DNA of 64,000 nt from the human T2T-CHM13v2.0 reference genome, Homo sapiens. A model generated the notes under the pieces. It did no database searches. It was not told where the DNA came from and worked only from the letters and a program-made list of their open reading frames with translations. Every line of letters begins with the position of its first letter. The stretch's first letter is position 1. Position numbers and translations under genes: made by a program. The stretch lies in NCBI RefSeq assembly GCF_009914755.1, contig NC_060937.1. One strand, 5' to 3'. This document shows, piece by piece, positions 26,311 through 40,495 of this stretch.

Positions 26311-28946
26311 AATTTTTCCCACCTGATGTTACTGTAAGTTTAAAAACCTTTTACACGGACATATGGTAGGATTTTACTCTGAGTACTGACAAGCTTAACG
26401 TTACTAAATTCAAATTATATGACATTTCTGTTAAATTGGATGAGCTTTAAATAATCACAGAAATACCAGCTATAGAAAAATATATAACTATGTTTTGAAC
26501 AGTATAAAATGCGTCAGATGTGCATGGCAAAGCCCTTTTCAATTGTTTTTAGAACTTAACAGGAAAAAGAAAAAAAGGGTGAGGAATGAAAATTCTAAAG
26601 CAGTTTTCCAATAAAATAAAACAAGACTTCTTTTTTTCTATATAGGAAAGATTTTTCAGGGGAAAACCCACAGGGGGTGTCAAAGACAGTGTATCTCTGT
26701 GCCATTCCAGGGTTCATGTCGAAGCAGTCCTACCTCCAAAGACCACGGACCTATTGCCAGAGAACTGAATCAGAAATTTCAATGCATGGGCGAAATCCCT
26801 CTCTGAATACATAGAGGTCAGAGGCAGAGGTTGGCAGAAATGTGGCTCCTGGGTCAGGTGACCGAAATGCATTACCTAATGAAAATGACACCAAAGTGCT
26901 GCAGACAAGAGTCTCGAAACGGAGGTCACTGGCGAGGATGATGGTGATGAGAAGCAGGAGGGCACATTTTAAATGGTGTCGAAGGACAAATGGCACGGAA
27001 CAAAGAGACCCAGCTCCAGGAGTTTAGGATTCTGCTCTGTCATGGACTGGACAGGAAGGCTGATCAGACAGCTGGCTTCCCTGGGGAGATATTTTTTGTA
27101 TTCCCCTTGTCAACAACCAGGGAGAAGTCACCCTGCCCGGAGTCACAGCGGTGCAAGAACCAGATCTGCGCGCTAGTAGGCAGATTCTCAACTCAACCCA
27201 GCCAGTACTTTTCACCTTCTCTGACTCTGTCCTTCATCTGTTCGCCCTCTTCCAACGACCTTGTCTCCTTCTTCTTTTTTCTCGTCTCTTTTCTCTTTTC
27301 CTGTACTCAGATGCTACTGACTACGTTTTATGACAGTTTTTAAATAATTGATATGATATAATCCATAATTTTTGACTACTTTCTTTTTAGGATCCTAGTA
27401 AATCAAGAATCACACTGGAGTTGAATTTTTGTAGTTGCTTTCTCAGAAATGAAATTAAAACAGTTTTGGTAATAAATTGACACTGTAAAGAATTATACCT
27501 TGGTTATATGGACCTTGGCCAAATGGAGTTTCAAGAGACTGTTGTGTGAGCCTAAATTTGAACTCTAAAAATAATAATATTGAAATACTTAATTTTTAAA
27601 AACCAGACATCAGAGTCATGGCAGATATTTTTGGAAAAAAATATAATTGGGGGATTTTCAAATTCTCCATGTGAATCTGGGAATGGGACAGTGATGCCAA
27701 TAAAAATACGTTTTTCTTCTAGAAAAAGTCTTAAGATTCTTGGTATGTGTAAGTGAATGAGTTATGGCAACTTTGAAAACATTTCAGGCTCTGCTTCTTA
27801 ACTTAGTTTTATTTATTTGTCTTCATTCCCTTTGGCAAATTGAAGACATAATCAAAAGTAACATCTCATAAAGACTTTAAGTTACAAACAATATAGCTCC
27901 CTGCAGATATAACTAGAGCTTAACTTGCACCTTTTTTATGTAATTACCATTTAACTTTAGCATTTAAGTAAGTGACAGTGAACAAATTATGCAAGAAAGT
28001 TTAAGAAAGGAGCTAAATGTATATTAATTGCCTTTCACTGTTAAATTTAGCTGATTTAACACTTAAAGCAATCCTTGCAAGTAAGTCTTATTGTTCCTAT
28101 ATTTTTTACACATGAAGAATATGAAAAAAGAGAAGAATTAGAGAACTGTTTGAGAGTTAGAATAAAGAAGAAACTGCACTGAGACTGTTATCCAGTTCTG
28201 CTGTGCTCCTAACTCCATACTTAGCCATGACATTATGCTTTAAGGGTTAATGCACTCGAAGCTTCAAATGAGAATGTTTACAATTCAAAAAGAAAAGAAA
28301 AAGAGTTACAGTGTTTTGTTGGCAGAGAAAGGATGCAAATTAGGGAACATCACATTCTTAGTGTGCAATTAACAAGTTCAGTAACATCTAAAAGTTTCCA
28401 GGACTTGACTTCCCCAGGGAGAATTCAATGTAGGACATCTGGAATGATAGATTTTACGTTTGTTCAGAGAGTTAAAGTGGTTTTTGCATTGTCTCCTGGG
28501 GCAGATTTACAGCTACTTTGTTTAAGTGGAACAGATCAACTCTGTACACTGAGAATGCTCATCTTAAAATTTAGGAAATGAAAGCTAGAGAGTAATGATA
28601 CTATCTCAAGGTAGGATAGAGTGTTAATGGAAATAAAAATATCTTTTAGACTAGTTTACTAAATATGGTCAGAACAAACACTTTGAAGGAGATGGGAGAG
28701 GAATGATTGATGAGTTTCTGAATGATGTCTTAACCAAAGGATCGAATGATGCATTGAGGAGGATGAAGAAAGAATGAGGGAAATTTCATTATTCCTGCTA
28801 TAAACGCTCGTGCAGAGTTTCTAACAGTCATGGAGAAGGTACATTCAAAACATGATGGCAATAATAGAGTTCACCCATGCATTCTTACGGTGATGTGGAA
28901 AATCTATTTAGCTTTACATAAATCTGAGCCAATGCAATTCATAATC

Positions 28947-29393
28947 TGTTATGGGTTGAATTGTGTCCCTCCCCTAAAATTAATACGTTGAAGAACCTCA
29001 GAACTTTAACTTACTTCGTAAATTCAGTTAGTCAAGGTACGATAAGGTCACACTGGAACAGGGTGGTCTTCTAATCCTTTATAACCAATATCACTTATAA
29101 AAGGGGAAATCTGGACTCAGATGCATACACAGTGAGAATGTCAAATGAAGATGAAGGCAGAGATTGAGGTGATGCTTCTGCAAGCCAAGGAATACCAAAC
29201 ATGGCCAGCAAATGGCCAGAAGCCTGGAGAGGAGAGCAGCACAGATTCTCCTCACCGCCTCAGAAGGAGCCAACCCTGCCAGCACCTTGACTTTGGACTT
29301 CCCAGTCTCCAGAGCCATGAGACAATACACTTCTGTTATTCAAGCTACTCAGTTTGTGACACTTCGCTACAGCAGCCCTAGGAAACTGATAAA
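28947..29393 (+). mobile_element. MLT1C-like MaLR solo LTR
   Basis: Starts tgttatgggttgaattgtgtcc; 'gaaggcagagattgaggtgatgcttctgcaagccaaggaa'; ends cagcagccctaggaaactgataaa. Confidence 0.88.
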
Positions 29394-30907
29394 GTATCCC
29401 AGGACATACTTTCCTTCTGATGATCGATACGGACTGAATCAGATTGTAAGGATATGGCCCACACGCCCTTTGCCTTTGAGATCTGAATCAAAGCAAAAAC
29501 AGGTCATCTTCCTTCTCACATGCACAGAAATCAGTTTTTCTTAACACCATATGTTCAAAGTCAAATAGGACAGCAACAAATTAACAACTGAATATTGACA
29601 GGAGCAAGTATCTAAAATCCATTTATACTGTGCAATTTATTCTCATATACTATATATGAATGTTGTGCTTTGATGGTTTTTGTGATATATTACACCAATG
29701 TGAAAATGAGAAAAAGGTCATACGAATAAAAATAATAGTCAAGAAGAGTCTAAAGATTCTGTAAAAACAAAGAATAATGTACAAAAATAACAAAAAGAGT
29801 ATGTCAATAAAATAAACAAATGCAAGGTAGGTTTAAACAAGATTTGGAGAAGATGTATGTTTTCTTAAAAACTGTTTAAGCCACAACACTAAACTCTCCA
29901 TTATTTTGTGGAACAACTGAAGACATGACATATATCATATCTATTCTTTTTATCTTAATCTCTGAGAACAGACATTAATATATTGTTCTTGTTCAATAAA
30001 TGTTTCTTAAATCTCTGAATGAATGAACAAATGAAGCAAATAAAATCTTACGGACAAATGAGAATACGACTCACCACATCAACCATAATTACTTACATTA
30101 AGAAGAGATGAGCAGATGAGACATATTAAGATTTATGGAACATTCTTATTACTTAAAATCATTAATTGTTGATTTTGAATATGAAAAGTTCAAAAATAAA
30201 TTAAAAGCCTAATTCATCTCTTTTCAAATTAGACTCTAGTGAGAATGGGTTGCAATTAATGCCAATTTTCCTAGCTTCCTTTGATCAACATTGAATACCT
30301 GAATTTAGTACATCTAAAATAGAATGGCAAGTTTTTGAAATATTAGTTCTGTGTGAAAAAAAAATGAATTTGTTAAAGCAATCTATGGGGAATTATATTT
30401 TGATACAGATACACAATGTAGCCAAACACAAACTTTTTTTTTCATTTAAAACCTCAATTTTCTTGAGAAATCAAATCTAAATTGACTTTATATTATGCCA
30501 ATCTGGCCCAGCTTGAAGCAATCTAGAAATTACTTTAATTCTGGCTATTTATGGATTAACGTGTTATACTTGCTGCTAAAGAAACCCAGACTATGTGATT
30601 CTTAATTGTTTCTTCTGGGGTCTCAATCATAATCAAATAAAAATGTGAATCTGAAGCCAAAACTATGCATTATAAGTAAAAATTTTCTCACAAACCTGGA
30701 AAAAGAATGGTGCAGCTGACATATTTAAAAATAATCTTCTTAATTTGGTATATATTTATGGCTATGCCAAACCAACAATATCTACTCACTATGGTTGTAT
30801 GGCTAGAAATCTCCCCATTCACTGTCTGCCTGAACAACTAGAAGAGCAGGAGCAGTTATTAAATGAACTTTAATTTCAGAATTTAGATAAAAAATAACAG
30901 TATACTT

Positions 30908-31487
30908 GGGTTGGTTCCAAGTCTTTGCTATTGTGAATAGTGCTGCAATAAACATACGTGTGCATGTGTCTTTATAGTAGCATGATTTATAATCCTTTGG
31001 GTACATACTCAGTAATGGGATTGCTGGGTCAAATGGTATTTCTAGTTCTAGATCCTTGAGGAATCGCCACACTGTCTTCCACAATGGTTGAACTAGTTTA
31101 CACTCCCACCAACAGTGTAAAAGAATTTCCGTTTCTCCACATTCTCTCCAGCATCTGTTGTTTCCTGCAGGGACATGCATGGAGTTGGAAACCATCATTC
31201 TGAGCAAACTATCACAAGGACAGAAAATCAAACACCACATGTTCTCACTCATAGGTAGGAATTGAACAATGAGAACACATGGACACAGGGCGGGGAACAC
31301 CACACATCAGGGCCTGTCGTAGGGTAGGGGGGGCGGGGAGGGATAGCATTAGGAGATATACCTAATGTAAATGACGAGTTGATGGGTGCAGCACACCAAC
31401 ATGGCGCATGTATACTTATGTAACAAACCTGCACGTTGTGCATATGTACCCTAGAACTTAAAGTATAATAAAAAATGAAAATAAAAA
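30908..31487 (+). mobile_element. L1PA (about PA4-PA6) 3' fragment with twin-priming 5' inversion
   Basis: 30908-31167 is antisense ORF2-end sequence; 31166-31487 is sense 3' UTR plus A tail. One TSD pair, AACAGTATACTT, at 30896-907 and 31488-99. Confidence 0.95.
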
Positions 31488-31879
31488 AACAGTATACTTC
31501 TGGAATAAACAAGAGGTAGGAAACACTTTTCAGTCACAGGTGCACGGAATCTCTGCCATGCTTATTAGGTGAGGCAAGGTTACTTTAGAAAGGCATTTTT
31601 CTTTTTTTTTTTTTCCTTTATAATGGTGGTAAGGGAAGTATTCATTGCACCTAGTTCATTATTGTTGCTTATTTAGTACTTTCTACTATATCGCCATTCT
31701 AATTGCCACAGAACTTGGACCATATGAATCGAATATAAAATGTTTCCCCCTCAAAAAGATGTCATAAATGTACACACTGAACAGAAGACAGTCTCAGAAA
31801 TGCTAAGATATAACTCAGATTTGGAGGCCACGGTCCTTTCTAAGTGCTGGGCTACTTGTTTCACACACTGACTTCATGG

Positions 31880-32030
31880 TTTGCTTGCAAGATCTTATTA
31901 GGTAAAAATTATCACCTTCATTTTGCAGAGGAGGAAACTGAAGAGAGGGAACCATTAAATCGTACATGTAACGTCACAGTATTGGAGATGGTGCCAGCCA
32001 CCCCTTGATCATAACACCTGACTTTGTACT
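31880..32030 (-). mobile_element. MIR fragment
   Basis: 'ttcattttgcagaggaggaaactgaag' MIR core. Confidence 0.6.
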
Positions 32031-32794
32031 TTACCATCAGAAAGACAGAACTCTCCAGAAAAATACTTTTGGCTGCAAGTAGGAGAATTACTGTATGTAT
32101 CGACCTGTAGCAGGAAGCAGTACTTGTTAGAAACACGGATGAGGGGTTTTACAAATAGCTGTTAAAGCTAGAAAAGACTAGGAGACGCCGTTTCAAATCC
32201 TACTCAAGTAAGGAGTTTCTCAGCCTCGATCCATGTTTTCAAATCAATTGGCAAGTTATCTTTCACTTTCTACTCCTCCATAAGCTCAATACTATTCCAC
32301 CTGCTTTATACATTTTTTTTGCCTCTCTCCATTGTTTTGATTCGACAATTTAGTAAGCTAAGGAAAGGCAGGCTGCATTTGCTTCTGCTCTCTCTCTCTC
32401 TCTTTATATATATTACATTGTTGAAGTCAAAATCAATTGTCAAGACAATGACTGGTTTGCATAGGAATGAATTATTGAAAAATCTGATATATTTTGTTTT
32501 ACTTGGGGTGGGAGGTGGAGATCTGCATATAACAGAGACTGGGACCCCACAAAAAAGTATTTAGGTACTGTTAAATCACTGACAACTTATTGACATTTGA
32601 GATACAGTCCTTTTGTCAGTTTTTGAAATTGTGTTGCTCAAGCCTCAGGTCAAAATTTAATTTTATCAAAATAGTCCTGATTTCTTAAGCAAAAAATATT
32701 AATACTGCATATATCAAACTTCACTTAGAAAACAGATTTATTTTCCCTCCTTTGCAACTTCTCTGTATCTATGACATTATTTTGAAGTCAGTTC

Positions 32795-33089
32795 TTTTTT
32801 TTTTTTTGAGACAGAGTCTTGCTGTGTTGCCCAGGCTAGAATGCTGTAGCACAATCTAGGTTCACTGTAACCTCTGCCTCCCAGGTTCAAGCAATTCTCC
32901 TGCCTCAGCCTCCTGAGTAGCTGAGACTACAGGCATGCTCCAACATGCCTGGTTAATTTTAGTATTTTTAGCAGAGACGGGGTTTCACCATGTTGGCCAG
33001 GCTGGTCTCAAACTCCTGGCTTCAAATGATCCATCCACCTTGGCCTCCCAACACGCTGGGATGATAGACGTGAACCACCACACCTGGCC
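32795..33089 (-). mobile_element. Alu (AluS) with TSD
   Basis: Full Alu; TSD tga(a/t)gtcagttct at 32783-95 and 33090-102. Confidence 0.95.
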
Positions 33090-33104
33090 TGATGTCAGTT
33101 CTGA

Positions 33105-33250
33105 TTATAGGTTCTACTCCTCAACTAACTTGAACGTTGAGGAAGTTCCTTACCCTCTAAGCCTCAGTTTTCTCAGATATGATATAGAACCTATAACTAT
33201 ATTTAAAATAGAAGGAATTAAAATCAGAAAAGCACCTATCCTATGTCTCA
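33105..33250 (+). mobile_element. MIR fragment
   Basis: 'aagttccttaccctctaagcctcagttttctcag'. Confidence 0.55.
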
Positions 33251-33847
33251 AAGTCAGAGAAAAACTAGTGCTCCAGAGAGTTGACAGACAGTGATCATTA
33301 CTTTAGATGTGTAAAGTAGAATAATTTTTATAACATAAATTTAGCTTTGTAGAAACCAATATGCATTAAAACAAACAAACATAAGTCGACCGTAAGGTTA
33401 TAGTCACTGTGACACAAGAAAACATTCAGTGACTCCCCTGTCATGTATTTTTTTCAACAGGTTAATACATCCCTTTAAAGGCAGATTCATGGTTTTATAC
33501 CCAAATGATTTTGCTTATTCCTTCCTACTTAGACACCTACCTAATTTAATTTTTGTGCTTGTTCAAAGCCCAAAATGATTAATTAATTTAAACACAGGAA
33601 TTTTATTTGGGGCTTTTGGAGAATAAAATAACACAGGTAGAGAGAATGAGCAAATAATACCATTCTCCTCGGTTCTAGATGAGAACTCTCTCTATTATAG
33701 CACGTATCCTTGCTTATGATATCTGTGCTCCTCTAACATATTCTTGTAACAAGGCTTACACAATTAAGCACACCTTTATCAAAAGCATAAATAAGATGCA
33801 GTTTTCAGCACACTGCCTGGTTCAATCAATTTTGTCCAATGAATTAG

Positions 33848-34195
<348 letters not shown>

Positions 34196-34444
34196 TATAA
34201 ATTCTTCTTAATATAAAGCCTTTATTTGCTAGTCATCTTTGAGATTGTGAGACTTAAAACAATAAGAAGCTAAAGATTGCCTCTGGTAAAAGATATACTA
34301 TTGTAATTTACATTTCAAAATTTCCAACACCTTGCAAATGTTAATCATAGTGGACATCCATTTGATAAAGTGTGATTCAAATCTGATTTCTATTTCATAA
34401 CTGACAACGTTACACAAATGGGAAACTGTATAAACACAGGCAGA

Positions 34445-34548
34445 CAAGGGTAGCTTTAAGGACTTGGGAGTCAGACACAGTCTTAAATACCAACTCTACT
34501 GCCTACTAGTTAGGAGTATGTGAGTGAAGTACTTAACATCTCCAAGTT

Positions 34549-34588
<40 letters not shown>

Positions 34589-34740
34589 TTCTCTTATATA
34601 CATTTGTGTGTATATACACAAAATATCAGAATTATTAATGTTTTACAAAAATGTTGGGGACTTATATTAGGTAGTGCATATGTAAAAGAACCAGTAGCGT
34701 TTGGTACACAAAACGCTTAATAAATAGCAGCTATTATTTC
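34445..34740 (+). mobile_element. MIR interrupted by a GT microsatellite
   Basis: 'gggagtcagac...aagtacttaacatctc' and the 3' end 'gcttaataaatagcagctattatt'. Confidence 0.65.
34551..34586. repeat. (GT)18 microsatellite
   Basis: Direct read. Confidence 0.97.
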
Positions 34741-35904
34741 AGTTTTCTAATTTAGATGGTGTTTCAATTTGGAAACATTTGCATATCTTGCATGATTTTT
34801 GCTTTTCTAATTGGCCTGGGTTTTGTATTTTGTAGATTGCGTCCTTGCCTTTACCCTACCCTACATGCATACTTTTACATTCATATACATTCTTACACGT
34901 ATCATTCCTTAAAATTATTAGAATGTTTTATTATTAGAATTAGAATATGTATAATTGCTTAGAATGTTCCTCTCCTATAACCTGTTTTTTTATTTTATTT
35001 TATTCATATGGTCAAGTAGCTATTGTGTTTAATGATCAATTACAAGGCATAAAAAAAACAAAGAATTTGCTATGTTAAGATAATTTTGCGGAGTTTTAGA
35101 GAAAGTCTAAATAATGATGACACAGAAGTTAAGTTACTGCCTAAGGTCACATATCAAGGCTATGGAAACTGAAATAGGAAATAAAACAACCTAATGCCTC
35201 ACTTCTAAGTATCTAACCCTTCAAAAGAATGGCTATTCCACAGGACACATATGTATAAAAGAGTTCTGTATGTTTTATATGGCTCTGCTAAAAGATTGTT
35301 CATAGCATTGGATTGTGAATACCTCACATGAAGATTCTAATTTGCCAAGTATCTAATTTAAGTGAAAAAAAATCAATTCCAAGGGTTAGAATTAGCCCAA
35401 AACATTAATTTGAAATCTTATCAAAATAATTTTATTTTGAACTTTATACCTTCATGTTCTAAAACTTGATTGGTATTGTACAATATTCAATTGTGTTTTT
35501 CACCTATAATTAGTTTCCTACATTAAGCATTTTTATTTTTTAGGCTTACATAAAATTTTCTAATTAAAAGTTGTGTCTTTTGTTTGGTCCTGAAAATTTT
35601 ATTGGTTTGAAATACCTTTTATTTATCAAGTAAGCTCTCTATCAAAATGCTTATCAAGAAAGAAGGAAAAAAATTCATTTTTCCCACAATATCTACACAC
35701 AAATATGAAAGTAAAAAGAATCAAAAGTATTAACATTGAAGTCGCACATAAATTAAAAACCTGTTTTCCTTTGCATTTTATTCTTGACTCTGACTAACAC
35801 TTTGTACTTAAACCATTTCAACCTTCGTTTAGCAAAGAGCCAACTTCTTTCTAAACTATCTTTAACATAGTGGCAAATTTAAAATCTCAAACTAAAGTAC
35901 ATAT

Positions 35905-36365
35905 GGGGGAAAGTTCTCCTCACCTCTAATCCCCTTGCACCTACTTCTGTAGTTTCCAATGTGTAATACACATGCAACTGAATTATATACATTCCCATTT
36001 TTATACCAATGGTAGCAACACCATACACACTGCTCTATATTTTGTTCTTGCTTTTTTAAATTTCTTTTGGAAATCTCTTCATGACTATTGGTAAAGACCA
36101 TCCTCATTCTTTTTACTGATAGCAATTACTTGCTACTCCTTTCTGTAAATTTATCTTAATTTGTTTAACCTGGTGATAGAAATTTAAGTTGTTTCCCACT
36201 TTTTGTTACCAAATAAAAGTAATATAGTCAATATCTTTGGGCATATGTAGTTCCCAAATGTGCTAGTATGTCCAAATTGTTGGTCAAAAGGATATATGCT
36301 ATCTAAATTCAGGAGGTACTGCTAATTATTCTCAAAGTAATTGTGGCAATTTACACATCCAAGAG
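35905..36365 (-). mobile_element. Old L1ME 3' fragment
   Basis: 'tgatagaaatttaagttgtttcccactttttgttac...ttgttggtcaaaagg' resembles reversed L1M. Confidence 0.6.
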
Positions 36366-36659
36366 CAATTCTAATCTAAGCTTTATTCTGGTGCTTCCGA
36401 TTCAGCCAGGGAAAATCTTCAAACTGTTCACCATAGTACTAACTAGTGTCACTTTTCTGTTTACAGAAGCTTTGTCCTTTAACTATAGCTGTCTCCCACC
36501 TACTCCTATACCCCATATAATCCATTGCATTATATATAGATTTACATGTATATAGAATATATATTTCCAGTATATGCTCTTTACTGATTACTTGTTTCAT
36601 GACTAAAATGTTCCCCAAGACATTTTTGAATATAAAATATCATTCTCTGAGATCAAGAC

Positions 36660-37082
36660 TACAAATTGACTCCAATTTGTTCATAATGATTGGGATTTTC
36701 AGATGGACACAACAGTATGCAGAATAAGAACTACATTTCCCTGACCACTTTATAGCTAAGTGTGGCCCTGACTCTAACGAGATATGAGACAAACTGTATC
36801 CACTTCTGGGTCTTGCCTTCAAAGGGGGAGCACACCCCTCCTTTTTCTTTCTGTCAGACATACTGCTGATAGAGTGGTGACAGACATCTAGGGTCATCAG
36901 CATTGGGAATATCAGAGCAATAAGATTCAAGAAGTCTGGGATCCTGATGACTTCATGAAGTGCAATTGCCTTAACCACTTGTATTTTTACAAGTGGAAGG
37001 AAAAAATAAATGATCCTATCTTACTCAAGCAGCCTGTCATTGTAGGTCTTTGCCATTCATAGCTGAGCTTGTATCACAACAA
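36660..37082 (+). mobile_element. Old MLT1 (J/K-like) LTR
   Basis: 'actacatttccctgaccactttatagctaagtgtggcc...gtctgggatcctgatgacttcatg'. Confidence 0.65.
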
Positions 37083-37616
37083 ATATCATTTCCTTAGCGT
37101 TTGCAGAGAAAATACATTGTTACAAATTACAAAGTCAAGAATTATGGTTAATATTTCATGGAAGTAATGTTAATGTGAACTTTTTGGTTTGGAGTAACAC
37201 TAATTTTTGTCCTCCTAACCCAATATTTATTGAATCTTTCTCAAATAAATATGTCATTATACTCAGTATAAAAAAGAGAGACACTACTTGGAAAGATACA
37301 TTACTGAGAACTGGACTCTGTTTTGATAGAGAGAAGTAAAGAAAAGAAAAAAATATTACAGAGGACCAAGTCTTAAATAGAAAACGGGTGTTCCATGATA
37401 TAAAACTCAATTATTCTGAATTACCTTGAAAAATGTATTCAGACATCCTTTCTAAAACAGGCAACTGAAAGGACTTTCTCTGTCCAGCAACATTTATGTC
37501 AAGCAAGAACCCCCACAGACAGTGCAAATATGTTGTCCCAGTAAGAGGGGTATGAGGGACAGAAAAACAAGGGGAAGAAATATTCGGAAAATCTTCATTT
37601 GTTTTTATGTCCAGTT

Positions 37617-39885
37617 GAAACTGGCACTCATTACTATTCAACATAGTACTGGAAGTACTAGCAAAAGCAATCAGACAAGAAAAAGCAATAAAAGGCATCC
37701 AAATCAGAAAGGAACAAGTAAAATTATCTGTATTTACAGATGAGATAATTCCATATGTAGAAAACCCCAAATACTCCACACACAAAAAAACTGTTAGAAT
37801 TAATACCTGAATTCAGTGAAGGTTCAGAATACAAAATCAACATAAAAAAATCAGTAGCATTTCTACACACAACCTACCTGAAAAAGAAACAATCCCATTT
37901 ATAATAGAATCAAAGCAAAAATATTAATTATGAATAAATTTACTCAAGTAGGTAAAAGATTTGCACACTGAAAACTATAAAATATTGCTGAAAACATTAA
38001 AGACGCAAAGAAATAGGAAGCTATCCCATGTTCATGGATCAAAAGAATTAATATTGTTAAAATGTCCATACTACACAAAGTAATATATAGATTCAATGCA
38101 GTCTCTATCAGAATTCCAATGGCATTTTTCACAGAAATAGAAAAAAAAGCCTCAAAATTTATTCAGAACTAAAAAAAAACCTGAATAGCCAAAGAAATAC
38201 CGAGGAAGAGAAACAAAGTTGGAGGCATCAAAATTCCTGGTTAAAAATTGTATTACAAAGTTACAGTACTCAGAACAGTATGGTACTGTCATAAAAATAG
38301 AAACAAAAACCAATGGAACAGAACAGAGAGTCCAGAAATAAACCCAAACATATATATAATTTTGAGAAGGACATCAAGTGAACATAATATGGGAAAATAG
38401 TTTATTAAGTAAATGATGCTGAGAAAACAGGATTTTCACAGGCAAAAAAAAATTGAAATTGGACTACCATACACAAAAATCGACTCTAAATGAATAAAGA
38501 CTCTAAATGTATGACCATAAAATTCCAAGAACAGATAAGGGAAAAAGCTCCTTGACATTGGCCTTGGCAATGATTTCTAAGATATTACACCAAAAGTTCA
38601 GTCCACGAAAGCAAAAATACCTGAACAGGACTACAGCAAACTAAAAAGCTCCTGTGAAGCAAAGAAAATAATCTACAAAATGAAAAATCAACCTACAAAC
38701 TGGGAAAAATGTTTGCAAACCCCATATCTGATAAGGGGTTAATATCCAAAATTTATAAAGAACTCTTACAACTCAACAGCAGAAAAGCAAAACAAAACAA
38801 AAAAACCGATTTAAACATGGGCAAAGGACCTGAACAGATATTTCTCCAAAGGAAACATAACAATGTCCAACAGATATATGAAAAGGGGCTCAACATCACT
38901 AATCAAGGGAAATACAAATTAAAACTTCTATATCACCTTAAGCCCATTTGTATGGCTGTTATCAAAAAGACAAGTCATAATAAAAGTTGGTGAGTGTACA
39001 GAGAAAAGAGAACCCCAGGACACTGTTAATGGGAATGTAGGTTGATACAGCCATTGTGAAAAGCAGTATAGAGCTTCCTAAATAAAAGAAAAATAAAACT
39101 ACCATATAACTCAGCAATCCCTCTTTGGGGTGCATACCCAAAGGAGATGAAATCACCACCTCATAAAGACATCCTTCACTCTCATGTGCATTGCAGCATT
39201 ATTCCCAAGAGCCAAAATATGGAAACAACCTCAAGACCCACTGAAAGACAAATAGATAAAGCAAATGTGGTATATATAATACAATGAAATACTATTCAGC
39301 TTTTAAAAAGGAGATCCTGCCATTTGCCACACATGACTGGACCTAGAAGATATTTGCCACACATGACTGGACCTAGAAGATATTAAGTGAAATAAGCCAG
39401 ATATCCAAAGAAAATATTGCATAATCTCACTTCAATTTGGTATCATTAAAAGAAAGTTTAAATATACAGAAATAGAGAATAAACTGTGGTTACCAGGTAT
39501 GAGGGAGGGAGGAGGAAATGAGATACACGTGGGTCAAAAGACACAAACTAGCAGATATGTACTGGGGTGGGGTCACAGAAGAGGAAATAGGGAGATAGAT
39601 GTGGGTCAAAAAACACAAAGTAGCAGATATGTACAATAAACAAATCTAGAGATCTAGGTACAACATGAGGACTATAGTTAATACAACTGTATTGCATTTG
39701 GTGTTTTTGTTAAGTAAGTAGATTTTAGCTGTCTTCTCACAAAAAAGTAACTATGTGAGATGATAGATATATCGATTTTCTTCACTATAGTAACCATTTA
39801 ACTATATATAATTATCACATAACATCATTTTGTAAGCCTCAAATATACATAATAAAATTTACTTTAAGAAAATAAAAAATAAAAC
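37617..39885 (+). mobile_element. L1MA/MB element: ORF2 RT region to 3' end, degenerate
   Basis: Begins in the RT domain ([17 protein letters not shown]...[16 protein letters not shown], a decayed FADD motif); runs through the 3' UTR to an A-rich tail. Confidence 0.93.
39322..39384. repeat. Perfect 30-bp tandem duplication inside L1
   Basis: atttgccacacatgactggacctagaagat x2, followed by att. Confidence 0.95.
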
Positions 39886-40139
39886 AGGCTTTAAAATGAG
39901 CTCACTTTAATGCGCTTATCATATTGGTTGGAAAGAGGAGGGCTTCTGAAATTACACAGCCATCTGGAGAAAATAAATTAAAAAATCACAACTGGCTACA
40001 AAGTATAATAAATGCATTGACAAACTTAAATGGTCAAATGTATCTCTGAAAGCAAATAATGCTACACTATATACTAAAACAGAGAAAGAGTAAAGGTAGC
40101 TATACATATATGGAATTGTTGACAACCCTGTGTAATATC

Positions 40140-40260
40140 GAGAGTACGGAACTTTGGTGTCAGATCTGATGTAAATTATGGTCCTTTCACTTATTATTTG
40201 AGTGACATTAGCGAATTTATTAAACTTTCAGGACTTCTGGTTTCACTCTGTAAAAAAAAA
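40140..40260 (+). mobile_element. MIR fragment
   Basis: 'ctttggtgtcaga...cacttattatttgagtgacattagcgaatt...ctgtaaaa'. Confidence 0.5.
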
Positions 40261-40495
40261 GTTATAAGTAGCAATTACTGTAATTAATACAAGCAGTGGA
40301 AAACTTAAAATAGCAATTTCTATTACAAACCTTTTTATGAAAATGTCCCCTATATACCTCTTCTTAATAACCAGTCACGTTTCTCAGAAGCAACCTGTTT
40401 TAGATGTTTCTCTTGTATTTAAATTTATATTTACATATAAAAAGAGCTCTTATATAATTCTTGAATTATATATTTTAGAAATTTTCTACTAGTTT

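Noticed and set aside
30803-31303. 166-aa ORF with similarity to the L1 ORF2 C-terminus
   Set aside because: Chimeric read-through across the L1 inversion junction; a retrotransposon relic.
39322-39384. 30-bp direct repeat resembling a CRISPR repeat in length
   Set aside because: Two adjacent copies with no spacer, inside a primate L1, with no cas genes.
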